A stretch of DNA of 64,000 bases. It comes from a virus. A program made the translations under genes and the position numbers. How positions within the stretch are numbered: position 1 is the first letter of the stretch; every line of letters starts with the position of its first letter. A model generated the notes under the pieces. That model ran no database searches. It saw only the letters and a list, made by a program, of their open reading frames with translations, and was not told the DNA's origin. Location of the stretch: positions 1 through 64,000 of the IMG/VR virus record IMGVR_UViG_3300023243_000009. One strand, written 5' to 3'. This document shows positions 49,884 through 59,292 of this stretch, piece by piece.

Positions 49884-50597
49884 TTAAAATTTAGTATAAC
49901 CGTTATCTAAATAAAAAGCATATTGAGATTTAAATATGGTATGGAGTTGATTTGATATTTTTGTAATTTTTGGTGTTTTGACATCTATTATTTCTCTTAT
50001 ATAGATATAAAGTGCTTTTTTATTAAATATTTTAATTTCTTCTCTTCTTCTAAATAACTCTAATATTGCATCTGCTACCTGGGCATCATTCTTTTTGGGG
50101 AAGAATTTAAATAAATTTTCTTCAACATGGGTTACATATAAATCCATATATTTGTCTAAATCACTTTTAGCTTCTTCATCTCCTATATTGTATATATAAT
50201 TTGAATCTTCATTAGTTAAAACAGTAAGATCTACTTTGTTTATTTTTTTAGTATAATTCTTAGTATTATACAATATAAGCCATCTTTTTACTATAGTACC
50301 AAAATAAGAATATGCTTTTGAACCTCGAGAGACATCAAACATGTGAATTTTAGATAAGAGAAAAGTAATTATCTCATGTTGTAAATGTTCTAAATTCTCA
50401 ACTTCAGTATGGTAGAATTTAAAGGTATGGATTATATTTTGAGTAAGTTTAAAAAATGCGTAGTGAATATATTCTCCATATATTTTACTTCGATATTCGA
50501 AGTCAGTTGACAGGTTATATAGTACAATATAATCTTCTGTTTCTTGTGTAAAATAATTTTTACTTTTTGGTTTTCTTTTTTTTGGAACAGTTTCCAT
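49884..50597 (-). CDS. gp55: Late-transcription sigma factor (T4 gp55-like)
   Basis: NYFTQETEDYI, LTQNIIHTFKF, FD..RGSKAYSYFGTIVKR match the gp55/sigma region-2 pattern. Confidence 0.7.
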   Translation of the reverse strand: METVPKKRKPKSKNYFTQETEDYIVLYNLSTDFEYRSKIYGEYIHYAFFKLTQNIIHTFKFYHTEVENLEHLQHEIITFLLSKIHMFDVSRGSKAYSYFGTIVKRWLILYNTKNYTKKINKVDLTVLTNEDSNYIYNIGDEEAKSDLDKYMDLYVTHVEENLFKFFPKKNDAQVADAILELFRRREEIKIFNKKALYIYIREIIDVKTPKITKISNQLHTIFKSQYAFYLDNGYTKF

Positions 50598-50603
50598 AAT
50601 TTT

Positions 50604-50876
50604 TTATTTGATTATAAGTTGAGAAAGTTGATTGTGGAGTATTTTAATCTCATTAAAAAACCACCCAATTTCATCATCACCTCTAAATGTTTCCTTAGCA
50701 TCAATCTCTAATAATCTTGCTTCCGTATATTCTAATTGGGTTTTGAGGTTTTCCAAAAAATTAGATTGGGATATCATTATGTCTTCTGCTTTTTCTAGTT
50801 TACGTAAAAGGTTAAAGGTCGTATATCCTAAGATTACGACCAATATTCCTAATGTACTTAATATTATGTATATCAT
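50604..50876 (-). CDS. Small membrane protein (N-terminal TM + coiled coil)
   Basis: MIYIILSTLGILVVILGY. Confidence 0.65.
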   Translation of the reverse strand: MIYIILSTLGILVVILGYTTFNLLRKLEKAEDIMISQSNFLENLKTQLEYTEARLLEIDAKETFRGDDEIGWFFNEIKILHNQLSQLIIK

Positions 50877-51652
50877 AAACTGTCTAACATGCTTTTTAAC
50901 CCCGAACTTGATTTAGTGCTAAGAGCTTTTGATTTGATATTGGGTTTTGTATCCAATATAAAATTCTTCTTTGGCGACCCCACACTATCTTTAACATCTC
51001 CCCGTAACTTTGGCAACCACTCGATTTCAAATTCAATTCTTGCGGCCATTAAATCGGCTTGATGCAAAATAAAGGGTAGAGATGTACGAGGTTTTTGCTC
51101 TACCATATAACCCATTAAATATTTCTTATTAGCATCATCGTATAAACCATCATGGGTCTGGATTGCTACCATCTCATTGAATGAATATGGAATCCCGTGG
51201 GATTGAAGTAAAAATAACCCTCTATCAGGAACTGAGGCAAAATCTATTTTGGTATTAAACATGTAATCTTCACCCAATTTATCTCTTCTCCACTGATCTG
51301 TCTGAGGTATATATGAATCATGTTTTTCATCACCCATTTTACCTAAATCATGATTCAGGGCGGAAAATACCAATTCTTCAACGGTGAAAGTAGACATATC
51401 AGCACCCTCACTGTCCCATAATCTTGCTTGCTTTAAAGCACAACGTATAACACGATTAACATGATCTACATACCCACCAGGAAATGCATTATGGTATTCC
51501 TTCTTATGGGCTGCGGGCATTAATATGATGCGATCCTGAAATTTATTGTAAAATTCATGTAATTTTTCTTTACGTGGGGAACTAACATAGGTATCAATAT
51601 ATTTTTTTAAAGTATCCCAGTTTAATTGTATTTGCTCTGCTGTTAAGGTCAT
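50873..51652 (-). CDS. HD-domain phosphohydrolase
   Basis: YHNAFPGGYVDHV, ALNHDLGKMG, IQTHDG, LHQAD. Confidence 0.85.
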   Translation of the reverse strand: MTLTAEQIQLNWDTLKKYIDTYVSSPRKEKLHEFYNKFQDRIILMPAAHKKEYHNAFPGGYVDHVNRVIRCALKQARLWDSEGADMSTFTVEELVFSALNHDLGKMGDEKHDSYIPQTDQWRRDKLGEDYMFNTKIDFASVPDRGLFLLQSHGIPYSFNEMVAIQTHDGLYDDANKKYLMGYMVEQKPRTSLPFILHQADLMAARIEFEIEWLPKLRGDVKDSVGSPKKNFILDTKPNIKSKALSTKSSSGLKSMLDSL

Positions 51653-51773
51653 AACCTATTTTTTCGTTTATTTTTTATTATAATTAACTTAATTAGTCGT
51701 ACTAAAATTCTAACCAATTCCCCTGTAGGGTTGTGGGCTATATATCTAGTTCTAGATTTTTCGGGGAAAATCA

Positions 51774-51971
51774 TTAAAACCTATTTATTTCATTTGGGGA
51801 TATAGGTTCGTTTTCCACTTTGTCTCTTAATTCTTCTACTATATCCAAAGCCTTATTAATACTTAACTTATATACTTCTATTGGCTCTTGGGTGTTTACT
51901 ATTCTTTGTAGATTTATTAAAGTTGATTCCAAATTATCCAACTTCTTATTTATTAAATTTCTATTTCTCAT
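51774..51971 (-). CDS. Small hypothetical protein
   Basis: 65-aa helical ORF on the coding strand. Confidence 0.6.
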   Translation of the reverse strand: MRNRNLINKKLDNLESTLINLQRIVNTQEPIEVYKLSINKALDIVEELRDKVENEPISPNEINRF

Positions 51972-52015
51972 TTTTTCTTCTTTTTTTATTTCTCATTATT
52001 ACCTTTTTAAAACAT

Positions 52016-52465
52016 TTATGTTTCTAAGTTACAAAGAGAGTTTTGAGTAGGCACGTTATTTTTTATAACTTGTTGAATTTTGAAAAGATGTGAACATTTT
52101 TCATATTCTTCATATTCTTGAAAATAAAAAATAGAGTCATTTAGTGATTTATTAAGATAATTTGAATTAAATTCTAAAATACAAGATATATCTACTTTAT
52201 CCTCTGGGTCTATGTCTTTGATAAAACCCCATGCCCTATTAAAAATAATATATTCAGAAGCCTCTTTAGTAGATACCATATCATACTCAGGTTGTTCCTT
52301 TTGAAGAAATTTTTCTAACTTACTGTGGAATATATAGTGATTTAAAATTAACTTGGTAAACATTCCTATTTTTTTATATTTGGGGTTTATATCTACCATT
52401 TTAATAGTATTTTCTATGTTTTTATCTTCAAATAATCTAAATATTTTTTCTTTATCTATTTTCAT
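52016..52465 (-). CDS. Hypothetical protein
   Basis: 149 aa; C-terminal FQEYEEYEKC UVR-like helix. Confidence 0.6.
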   Translation of the reverse strand: MKIDKEKIFRLFEDKNIENTIKMVDINPKYKKIGMFTKLILNHYIFHSKLEKFLQKEQPEYDMVSTKEASEYIIFNRAWGFIKDIDPEDKVDISCILEFNSNYLNKSLNDSIFYFQEYEEYEKCSHLFKIQQVIKNNVPTQNSLCNLET

Positions 52466-52644
52466 TATTTTTTAATTTATAATAAACAACCCCTTTTATT
52501 TTACCCCAAGATGGTTTATTTTTAACCAAATAAATAAAACCCAATAACAAACCCCACCCCGTATAACAACTTTCGTTATTTATAAATTCTGAGTTGGGGT
52601 TGTTGTGGGGGGGGGTAAAATATTTCATATATTATAAATATGTG

Positions 52645-52812
52645 TTAATCAAACCCATCTATGTTGGAGATTATTTCACTTTTACATTTATTTAAAACAT
52701 CGTATTCACACACAACATCCCCTTTATTAGGGTTAAGGGGGTGATATCCCCATAATTTCTCCATTTCTAACTCAATATCTATTAATTCTTGTATTAATTC
52801 TAGTTTATTCAT
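52645..52812 (-). CDS. Small hypothetical protein (55 aa; not in the ORF track)
   Basis: Manual translation MNKLELIQELIDIELEMEKLWGYHPLNP... Confidence 0.55.
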   Translation of the reverse strand: MNKLELIQELIDIELEMEKLWGYHPLNPNKGDVVCEYDVLNKCKSEIISNIDGFD

Positions 52813-52973
52813 ATTTTATTATTAAAAAGTGATTTTAAAAATATTATTAGGGTTAAAGGCCATATCATTATATTTAATATTTTTTCTAAAGGGGTGATTT
52901 CACCCTCCATTTTACAAATTATATATTCAAACCAAATCCCCCACATTAAAGCAAAAGTAAAATAATATATCAT
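52809..52973 (-). CDS. Small membrane protein (54 aa; not in the ORF track)
   Basis: Manual translation MIYYFTFALMWGIWFEY...NIMIWPLTLIIFLKSLFNNKI; stop overlaps the next ATG. Confidence 0.55.
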   Translation of the reverse strand: MIYYFTFALMWGIWFEYIICKMEGEITPLEKILNIMIWPLTLIIFLKSLFNNKI

Positions 52974-52975
52974 AT

Positions 52976-53449
52976 TTATTTAAATTTATTACCAATTTCT
53001 TCTATTGATCTTATAGCTTCTTCTAACTCAATATGGAAAAATTCCCTTTTATTATTTATCCTATAAGATTCTAATTTTTTATGGGTTGTTCTTTCTACCA
53101 TCTCCCCATTAAAACATTTATATGCCCATTCCACTATAAAGGGTCTAATAACACCTGTTGATGAAGAAATCTGTTTTGCTCTTTCCTCAGGTAACAATTT
53201 TGTATATCCTATTTTTAAATGGGTTTTGGGCAAGTCTGGGTTAGATAAAATATAAACCCATTGATCTCCTTCACTTTTATCAGCATACAATCCATATTTT
53301 TTATTGGTAAAATACGTTACTTTTTCCCACCCCTCACCCCTGTTACTAGGGGTGATAGTATAAAAAGAGGCATTGGTAATTTCCTCATTCCCATAATTCT
53401 CTTTTAAAGGTATAAAACCTTTTGCTTCTTGTTCTGTAATTTTTTTCAT
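52976..53449 (-). CDS. GIY-YIG / T5orf172-domain protein
   Basis: WVYILSNP...LKIGYT...ERAKQISSSTGV..PF.VEWAY...ERTTHKKL...REFF. Confidence 0.8.
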   Translation of the reverse strand: MKKITEQEAKGFIPLKENYGNEEITNASFYTITPSNRGEGWEKVTYFTNKKYGLYADKSEGDQWVYILSNPDLPKTHLKIGYTKLLPEERAKQISSSTGVIRPFIVEWAYKCFNGEMVERTTHKKLESYRINNKREFFHIELEEAIRSIEEIGNKFK

Positions 53450-54252
53450 TATACAGCGAATTCTAAAGCTTTAGAAAACATTTTCATATTCAAATCTTGA
53501 TCTTGTTTGAAGTTTTTAATACCTCTAGCTTGACGAGATTTACCTTTAATTGTAAGATATGAAAAATTACCTTCTATAATATTTTCCTGTACACGATTAA
53601 AAACAGTCCATAAATCAGATCCTTTATCTTCTGAACGTTGATATTCCAAAACCTCATCAACTGCTGATTCTGAATAAGTATTGCTTGTACCCTTGATTCT
53701 TAGGTCAAGAAAAGATTTTGCAAGATTAAACATTTGTTCCTCTTGAAGTTGAATTCCTTTCATAGTATTCATAGCTTCAACAGTTAATGGTAATCTTTCA
53801 ACCATCTCACGAATTGTAACTTGTAATTTTTCAAATGTATAACCCATATGACGAATCTTATAATTCTCAAACTCCTCAGTAGATATAACTAAACCATTCT
53901 CACAAATCATCCTAAACAATCCCGCTGTAAATTGAAATGAATTTTTACCATCATGTGAATTAGTAAGTAAAATTTGAGGAAACACTTCATCCCCATCTTT
54001 ACCATTAATAACAACCTCAGGATTTCTAAACACAACCAAATGTTTTTGAAAACCTATATTCTTACGTGCTTTAACTTCCTTAACATCGACTACTCCCCAC
54101 CCTAATAATTCCATATCTTTAATAACATGGTCTGTTGGAATATGAGTATACTTTTCAGATGTAGATGCAGAACCTATCTTAGTAAAAATACTAGGTGCAA
54201 TTACTTTTAACTCCTCTAAACTCTTAAACTCTAAATTTCTTAAATCTAACAT
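53449..54252 (-). CDS. DUF932/DUF945-family protein (copy 2)
   Basis: SEKYTHIPT, FQKHLVVFR, NSHDGKNSFQFTAGLFRMICENGLV, DLWTVFNRVQENII. Confidence 0.85.
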   Translation of the reverse strand: MLDLRNLEFKSLEELKVIAPSIFTKIGSASTSEKYTHIPTDHVIKDMELLGWGVVDVKEVKARKNIGFQKHLVVFRNPEVVINGKDGDEVFPQILLTNSHDGKNSFQFTAGLFRMICENGLVISTEEFENYKIRHMGYTFEKLQVTIREMVERLPLTVEAMNTMKGIQLQEEQMFNLAKSFLDLRIKGTSNTYSESAVDEVLEYQRSEDKGSDLWTVFNRVQENIIEGNFSYLTIKGKSRQARGIKNFKQDQDLNMKMFSKALEFAV

Positions 54253-54315
54253 ATACCTTTATTGTTTTAATTGATTAACATACCGGAATATACGAATTAC
54301 CTCCGGTGTATCCAA
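54250..54315 (-). promoter_or_regulatory. Early promoter+leader+ATG repeat unit
   Basis: Plus strand CATATACCTTTATTGTTTTAATT...GAATATACGAA...CCAA. Confidence 0.85.
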
Positions 54316-54480
54316 GCCTAGTGTGCATTACTTTTAAAAACAACCGTAAACTCTGTCTTTACATTCTCCCACACCCCAATCAAAATATCCGTATATACTA
54401 ACCTCATGTTATATTTCTTATAAAATTATGTGGAAACCCACATTTTCTTATTTATATTACCGCAAAAACATAACACAAAC

Positions 54481-54873
54481 ATGGAAATATTATTTTTTAT
54501 TAACGGTATATTATTTTTAGGAATGATTGGTGGAATACTATTATTACGCCAAATGAACATTTCTAATAAGGATTTGGAAAAACAAATCCAAGATCAAATC
54601 AATTCCTCATACATTAATAATGGTAATTTGTGGGATGAATTAACATATATAAAAAATTTAGTACTGGATATACAATTTAATATGGAAAAAGACCAATACG
54701 AAAATTTAAGCAATTTGAAAAAGGGTATGGAAATATTACAAAGTGATACTAAAAAGGATAGGGAAAGGATTAATTTCCTATATACTAATAGTGATAAAAT
54801 AAATGGGTCGGTCTTTAGTGAAATCCAACAATTAAAACAAAACATTAAATCCATAAGCCAAAATTATAACTAA
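54481..54873 (+). CDS. Membrane-anchored coiled-coil protein; the only convincing plus-strand gene (probable start 54481)
   Basis: MEILFFINGILFLGMIGGILLL, then a coiled coil; TATTTATA at 54449-54456 on the same strand. Confidence 0.7.
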   Translation: MEILFFINGILFLGMIGGILLLRQMNISNKDLEKQIQDQINSSYINNGNLWDELTYIKNLVLDIQFNMEKDQYENLSNLKKGMEILQSDTKKDRERINFLYTNSDKINGSVFSEIQQLKQNIKSISQNYN

Positions 54874-55425
54874 ATTTAATGGGGGTGTAAACTCTACGTT
54901 ATTTTGGGTTTTATTCGTTTTATATGGTTATGTAGATAGAAGCATGTGTAATTGTATTGAGACAACCATTTATATTTTAAATAACGTGTTAAACGTAAAT
55001 GAATTTTATGTTCACTTTGTTTAACTGAGTATATATGAGTGGGGAAACGGGTTTATAGGTTGTAGGTAGTATATATTTTCCTCGACGCCAAAAAGGTTTT
55101 AGAAAAAAAAGGTTGCAATTTTTATGTTTTTTAAATATTTGGCGTTAAATGGAAAAAAGGCCCCCTTTATGGGGGCTTTTAATATTGTGTGGTATATGCG
55201 TATATATTAATCGGTGGTGAGAGGTTGTAAAAGAGTTGTATGTGTGCATACACCCCTCCTTTTACATATACCCCATATATGGACGCCAACGCGCATGGGA
55301 TAATATATATAATATTGCGCAACGCATATATGCGCCCGTACGGGGTACCGTATAATGGATTTATAAGTAATTCAACCATACCCCCCAGGGGCTTTAACTA
55401 CAGCCCCCCTCCTTTATACATGGCC

Positions 55426-55719
55426 TTAATATTCATTTACACCCATATACAATTTTAAATCCTCATATCTATATTTTACAGTAACCTGCTTCCCCATCAC
55501 ATACACAAACCCAAGAAATGCCTTGGGACCAATTACCTCTATATTTAGGTGATAATCGTTTATCACAATATCCCCACTGATAGATGATCTGAGTTGCTTA
55601 TATATACTACCTGGCATTTTAACATTCTCCCCCGACACGTAGTTGTATGTTGATTCACCCCTATAGGTATTAGGTGATATTGTAAATTCTTTTCCAATGA
55701 TAAATTCCTCTCTAGTCAT
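55426..55719 (-). CDS. Early hypothetical protein
   Basis: Starts at the ATG of a promoter repeat. Confidence 0.75.
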   Translation of the reverse strand: MTREEFIIGKEFTISPNTYRGESTYNYVSGENVKMPGSIYKQLRSSISGDIVINDYHLNIEVIGPKAFLGFVYVMGKQVTVKYRYEDLKLYMGVNEY

Positions 55720-55781
55720 AACCTTTATTGTTTTAATTAATTTCTATACCCGAATATATGACTCCCCTATTGGGGAGCCAA
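55717..55781 (-). promoter_or_regulatory. Early promoter+leader+ATG repeat unit
   Basis: CATAACCTTTATTGTTTTAATTAATTTCTATACCCGAATATATGA...CCAA. Confidence 0.9.
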
Positions 55782-55793
55782 TTTTAATATTAG

Positions 55794-56348
55794 TTATTTT
55801 AATGAACTTCTGTATCTGTAGTGTAAACATTGAACATCCCCACCACATAATGTTCCGAATGTGATGAATGCTTTGTTGTCCACTGTAGCATTTACTTCTG
55901 CTCCTACGCTTCTAACTCTAACATTAATGTTACTTGCAGTCATATCATTAGTTAAGTGTTTAGCCAAGGCACGTTCCAATTTAACCATATTTCCACTAAC
56001 GAATTCCTCTGTGTAACGTACTTCCCATCCATCACGAGATTGTGTTATAATGTTTTGTAACATGTAACCTAATGATTTGATGTTGTTTAATAGGGTATTA
56101 GCTTCCTTAGCATCATATGTAGTTGGGGTAACGTATTTTTCACCATCCCATTTTTTACACTGGGTCATATAAATGTATTTAACCGTACTAGCATATGGGT
56201 TGAAATTATCATAACTTACAACCCCCCCATCAACTTCCAACCATGATTTGTATTTATCATATTTGGATTTCATTGATACTACCTGTGTAGCCGCTAATTC
56301 ACTTACTATAACACCTGCCTGTAATTTAATATCATTTAATGCATTCAT
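55794..56348 (-). CDS. Early hypothetical protein
   Basis: Starts at a repeat ATG; C-terminal TFGTLCGGDVQCLHYRY. Confidence 0.75.
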   Translation of the reverse strand: MNALNDIKLQAGVIVSELAATQVVSMKSKYDKYKSWLEVDGGVVSYDNFNPYASTVKYIYMTQCKKWDGEKYVTPTTYDAKEANTLLNNIKSLGYMLQNIITQSRDGWEVRYTEEFVSGNMVKLERALAKHLTNDMTASNINVRVRSVGAEVNATVDNKAFITFGTLCGGDVQCLHYRYRSSLK

Positions 56349-56411
56349 AACCTTTATTGTTTTAATTAATTTCTATACCCGAATATACGAAAAGTAAATG
56401 CGGCAACCAAA
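56346..56411 (-). promoter_or_regulatory. Early promoter+leader+ATG repeat unit with overlapping terminator hairpin
   Basis: Minus strand TTTG-20 nt-TATATTCG; AAATGCGGC/GCCGCATTT inverted repeat. Confidence 0.9.
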
Positions 56412-56442
56412 TTAATGGCGCCGCATTTTCTAATAATTAAAA

Positions 56443-56682
56443 CTACAGTTGGTTATGAAACATCTGTATTTTTTCGTTGTCATGTTCACTATATACTCTT
56501 AAATTTAAGTAAGCACCATACCTACTATAATCCCCAATATATGAGGTATCCATTCTAATATCCTTATTGTAACCAAAACAGAAATCATACTCCTCTTGAG
56601 TAAGATATTCCTGTGTGTTCATTATTTTTTCAAATCTAAAATATTCTTCTGCTGCTAAAAATAAACTTTCTTCACTTATCAT
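56443..56682 (-). CDS. Early hypothetical protein
   Basis: Starts at a repeat ATG. Confidence 0.75.
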   Translation of the reverse strand: MISEESLFLAAEEYFRFEKIMNTQEYLTQEEYDFCFGYNKDIRMDTSYIGDYSRYGAYLNLRVYSEHDNEKIQMFHNQL

Positions 56683-56745
56683 AACCTTTATTGTTTTAAT
56701 GGATTAATATACCCGAATATACGAATCATTCATCGGGGAGCCTAA
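56680..56745 (-). promoter_or_regulatory. Early promoter+leader+ATG repeat unit
   Basis: CATAACCTTTATTGTTTTAAT...ACCCGAATATACGAATCA...GGGGAGCCTAA. Confidence 0.9.
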
Positions 56746-56880
56746 TTTATTTCATTATTCGTTTCATACGATCGTTAAATTTCTTCATTTCCTCCCCCAA
56801 CAACGTTTTATTACTTTTATTTAATTTTTTACTTGACCTGCCTGAATATTCGTTTTGGGCTGATGTGTGGGAGGGGTGTT

Positions 56881-57648
56881 TCATATGTTACGGGTTAAAA
56901 ACGATTTTACGTTTGTCATTCTTACTTTGCAAAGTGTTAAAAAATATTCTTTTTCAATGTCGTACTTTTCTGTTTCTTTATTCCATTCTGACTTTATAGT
57001 TTTTAATTCTATAGTTGCGGATTTGCCTGATGGTGTTTTGCTTATAATCTTTATGCCCTTTATATTATTGACACATTGATTAAATCTAACATACATATCC
57101 CTTAAAGGAAACCCAAATTCAAACTCATTATTTTCATTTATAGTGGTTTCAGTAATTAGTTGTTCCAATGTTTCAACTTCTCTTATTAGAAGAAACTTTT
57201 CTTTATTACTGTTTCTAATATTATCTTGGAATTTTTCTATAATTTTATTGTAATCAAACAATATACTGCTCTTAAAATGCAACAATATGCTGCCTACCTT
57301 ACCAATCGTTATCATTCTTCTTAATTCAAATTCTGAATTAGTGAATGTTGAATAAAATGATGTCTCTATTTCATTTATAATTTCATCTTTAAAATTCTTT
57401 GTCTTAAAGTACAAGGTAATTATTTCTCTCCTACAATTAGAATCCTCTTGACATCTAATAAGCTCCGCCCTATCACGTGATACGCTAAGTATATCTCCTT
57501 TTTTTAATGTGCCCTCAAAATATTTATGTAAGCTTTTAGATAATTCCTCTTCCCTTAGGGATTTAAAAAATGATGAATTTATATTTGCTTCTTTTAATTT
57601 CCCATTTAATTGAACTAATTCCTTTTTTAAATTTTCAATATTTGACAT
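56881..57648 (-). CDS. Early hypothetical coiled-coil protein
   Basis: 255 aa; starts at a repeat ATG. Confidence 0.75.
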   Translation of the reverse strand: MSNIENLKKELVQLNGKLKEANINSSFFKSLREEELSKSLHKYFEGTLKKGDILSVSRDRAELIRCQEDSNCRREIITLYFKTKNFKDEIINEIETSFYSTFTNSEFELRRMITIGKVGSILLHFKSSILFDYNKIIEKFQDNIRNSNKEKFLLIREVETLEQLITETTINENNEFEFGFPLRDMYVRFNQCVNNIKGIKIISKTPSGKSATIELKTIKSEWNKETEKYDIEKEYFLTLCKVRMTNVKSFLTRNI

Positions 57649-57711
57649 AACCTTTATTGTTTTAATTAATTTCTATACCCGAATATACGAATCACCCATC
57701 GGGGAGCCTAA
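57646..57711 (-). promoter_or_regulatory. Early promoter+leader+ATG repeat unit
   Basis: Near-identical to the 56680 copy, including the adjacent GGGGAGCCTAATTTATTTCATTATT. Confidence 0.9.
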
Positions 57712-57771
57712 TTTATTTCATTATTGTTTTATTCTCGTAAAAACGCTTACACAAATAAGTTAGCAACAAGG

Positions 57772-57948
57772 CTACATTTCGTCTTCGATATGATTATACA
57801 TTAACTGCATCACCCAAGCGTTCTCAAACTCATACATACCACAAGTAGAGCAAGCCTCATCCATTGTGTCATAGTAGTTTATTTTACCTTCTTCATTTTT
57901 CATAAAGTCCATATTTCTAAGGTCTACTATTACATATTGTCCTTTCAT
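57772..57948 (-). CDS. Small hypothetical protein (58 aa; not in the ORF track)
   Basis: Manual translation MKGQYVIVDLRNMDFMKNEEGKINYYDTMDEACSTCGMYEFENAWVMQLMYNHIEDEM. Confidence 0.6.
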   Translation of the reverse strand: MKGQYVIVDLRNMDFMKNEEGKINYYDTMDEACSTCGMYEFENAWVMQLMYNHIEDEM

Positions 57949-57953
57949 TCTAT

Positions 57954-58166
57954 TTATTTTTTATAATCTAATATTTCTTTTTCGGTTGCTTCTAACATAC
58001 GAATTAACTCATCTCTTAATTCCTCTAATGTATGCCCACCGGCTGTTATTCCGTTTTTAGTATAACCGTTAACCTCTCTTTTAGAGTCATAATGTACTTC
58101 GTGGATCTGATACCAATCGTCATCCCCATCAGCTTTTTCTTGTCTCATTACTCTATGATCCCACAT
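57954..58166 (-). CDS. Small hypothetical protein
   Basis: MWDHRVMR...YQIHEVHYD. Confidence 0.7.
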   Translation of the reverse strand: MWDHRVMRQEKADGDDDWYQIHEVHYDSKREVNGYTKNGITAGGHTLEELRDELIRMLEATEKEILDYKK

Positions 58167-58167
58167 A

Positions 58168-58320
58168 TTATTCTACTAATTCATTAATTTCTGTATCAAA
58201 ACAGGTATTTAGACTATCCCCATACTCGTAAGCAGCGGTTAATTTTTTAAAAGACTTTATGCCACCACGGTTTATATCTACTCCGTTACTTAAATATGGA
58301 ATTATTGTGTATATAATCAT
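58168..58320 (-). CDS. Small early protein (50 aa; not in the ORF track)
   Basis: Starts at a repeat ATG: MIIYTIIPYLSNGVDINRGGIKSF... Confidence 0.65.
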   Translation of the reverse strand: MIIYTIIPYLSNGVDINRGGIKSFKKLTAAYEYGDSLNTCFDTEINELVE

Positions 58321-58383
58321 AACCTTTATTGTTTTAATTAATTTCTATACCCGAATATACGAAAGGTTTATTGGGGAGCCTAA
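58318..58383 (-). promoter_or_regulatory. Early promoter+leader+ATG repeat unit
   Basis: CATAACCTTTATTGTTTTAATTAATTTCTATACCCGAATATACGAA...GGGGAGCCTAA. Confidence 0.9.
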
Positions 58384-58544
58384 TTTAATCTATAATATTT
58401 TACTTTATCAAACCCACCATTACTTAAAGTCCTAGTATAATGGGTTGGCTGGTACTTATCCGTTGATTGGTGATGTTTGGAGAGTACATTCATGTAAACT
58501 CTTTCAAACACCCCATCAACCTCTTCTTCAGTGATTTTTTCCAT
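58380..58544 (-). CDS. Small hypothetical protein (54 aa; not in the ORF track)
   Basis: Manual translation MEKITEEEVDGVFERVYMNVLSKHH...YYRLN. Confidence 0.5.
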   Translation of the reverse strand: MEKITEEEVDGVFERVYMNVLSKHHQSTDKYQPTHYTRTLSNGGFDKVKYYRLN

Positions 58545-58545
58545 A

Positions 58546-58830
58546 CTAGATACTAACTAATGATAAACGGGTGCGCATTGAATTGCTTTTAATCCCCTCA
58601 TAAAATCGTTTACCCCCTATTACAACATTTGAATTACGTGTTGCTAATTCACTATTAAACTCCACACTTGAAAAGTGATAATAGGGTTGTTTATTAACTA
58701 ATACTTTTAATATACTTGTTCTACCCTTGATAACGGGCTGATCTACTGTTTTAATCTTCATTCCCTCTTTTACGATTGAAGATGTGTTTTCTACTGTTGG
58801 TGATTCCGAAATTTCAAAAATGTTTATCAT
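58546..58830 (-). CDS. Early hypothetical protein
   Basis: Starts at a repeat ATG. Confidence 0.7.
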   Translation of the reverse strand: MINIFEISESPTVENTSSIVKEGMKIKTVDQPVIKGRTSILKVLVNKQPYYHFSSVEFNSELATRNSNVVIGGKRFYEGIKSNSMRTRLSLVSI

Positions 58831-58892
58831 AACCTTTATTGTTTTAATTAATTATTATACTTGAATATACGAACAATATGCTGCTAATCCAA
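58828..58892 (-). promoter_or_regulatory. Early promoter+leader+ATG repeat unit with overlapping hairpin
   Basis: CATAACCTTTATTGTTTTAATTAATTATTATACTTGAATATACGAA; TATGCTG/CAGCATA inverted repeat around the -33 element. Confidence 0.9.
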
Positions 58893-58935
58893 TATTTGTT
58901 GCAATAACAGCATACAAAATCTTTAATTTAATGTT

Positions 58936-59292
58936 TTAACTAAATGTAACCCATTCACCTTCTAAAGTGAATACTCTTCCATATTCTTCAAAATCGGAGC
59001 TTTCTAAACCACTTATCGAAGCCACAACCTCTGCTTTACTTAATACTTCACCTCTATCTCTATGATAAGCTACTGTTATACCCCTTCTAGGACTATTAAA
59101 TGAATGTCCACCTTCAATTGATACTTGTTCCCCTAAAATACTGATATCACCTAGGTTAATTAATGATTGAACTTTTTCTCTATTAGTATAGTGTTCTTTT
59201 AAAGTAACACCTACACCATCTTCACTACCATCATTGTGACAGTAAATTGAACTTACCGTTTTATCTTGATTTTCAATTGCAATTCTTGACCT
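58936..59292 (-). pseudogene. Start-less 118-codon frame (RSRIAIENQDKTVSSIYCHNDG...AYHRDRGE) joined out of frame to the upstream ORF
   Basis: Open frame without ATG; an in-frame TAG lies just upstream; reached from 59253..59486 by a -1 shift at an A7 run. Confidence 0.65.

Noticed and set aside
55179-55458. ORFs on both strands over the palindrome cluster
   Set aside because: Atypical composition, no promoter repeat or A-rich leader; better explained as non-coding structure.
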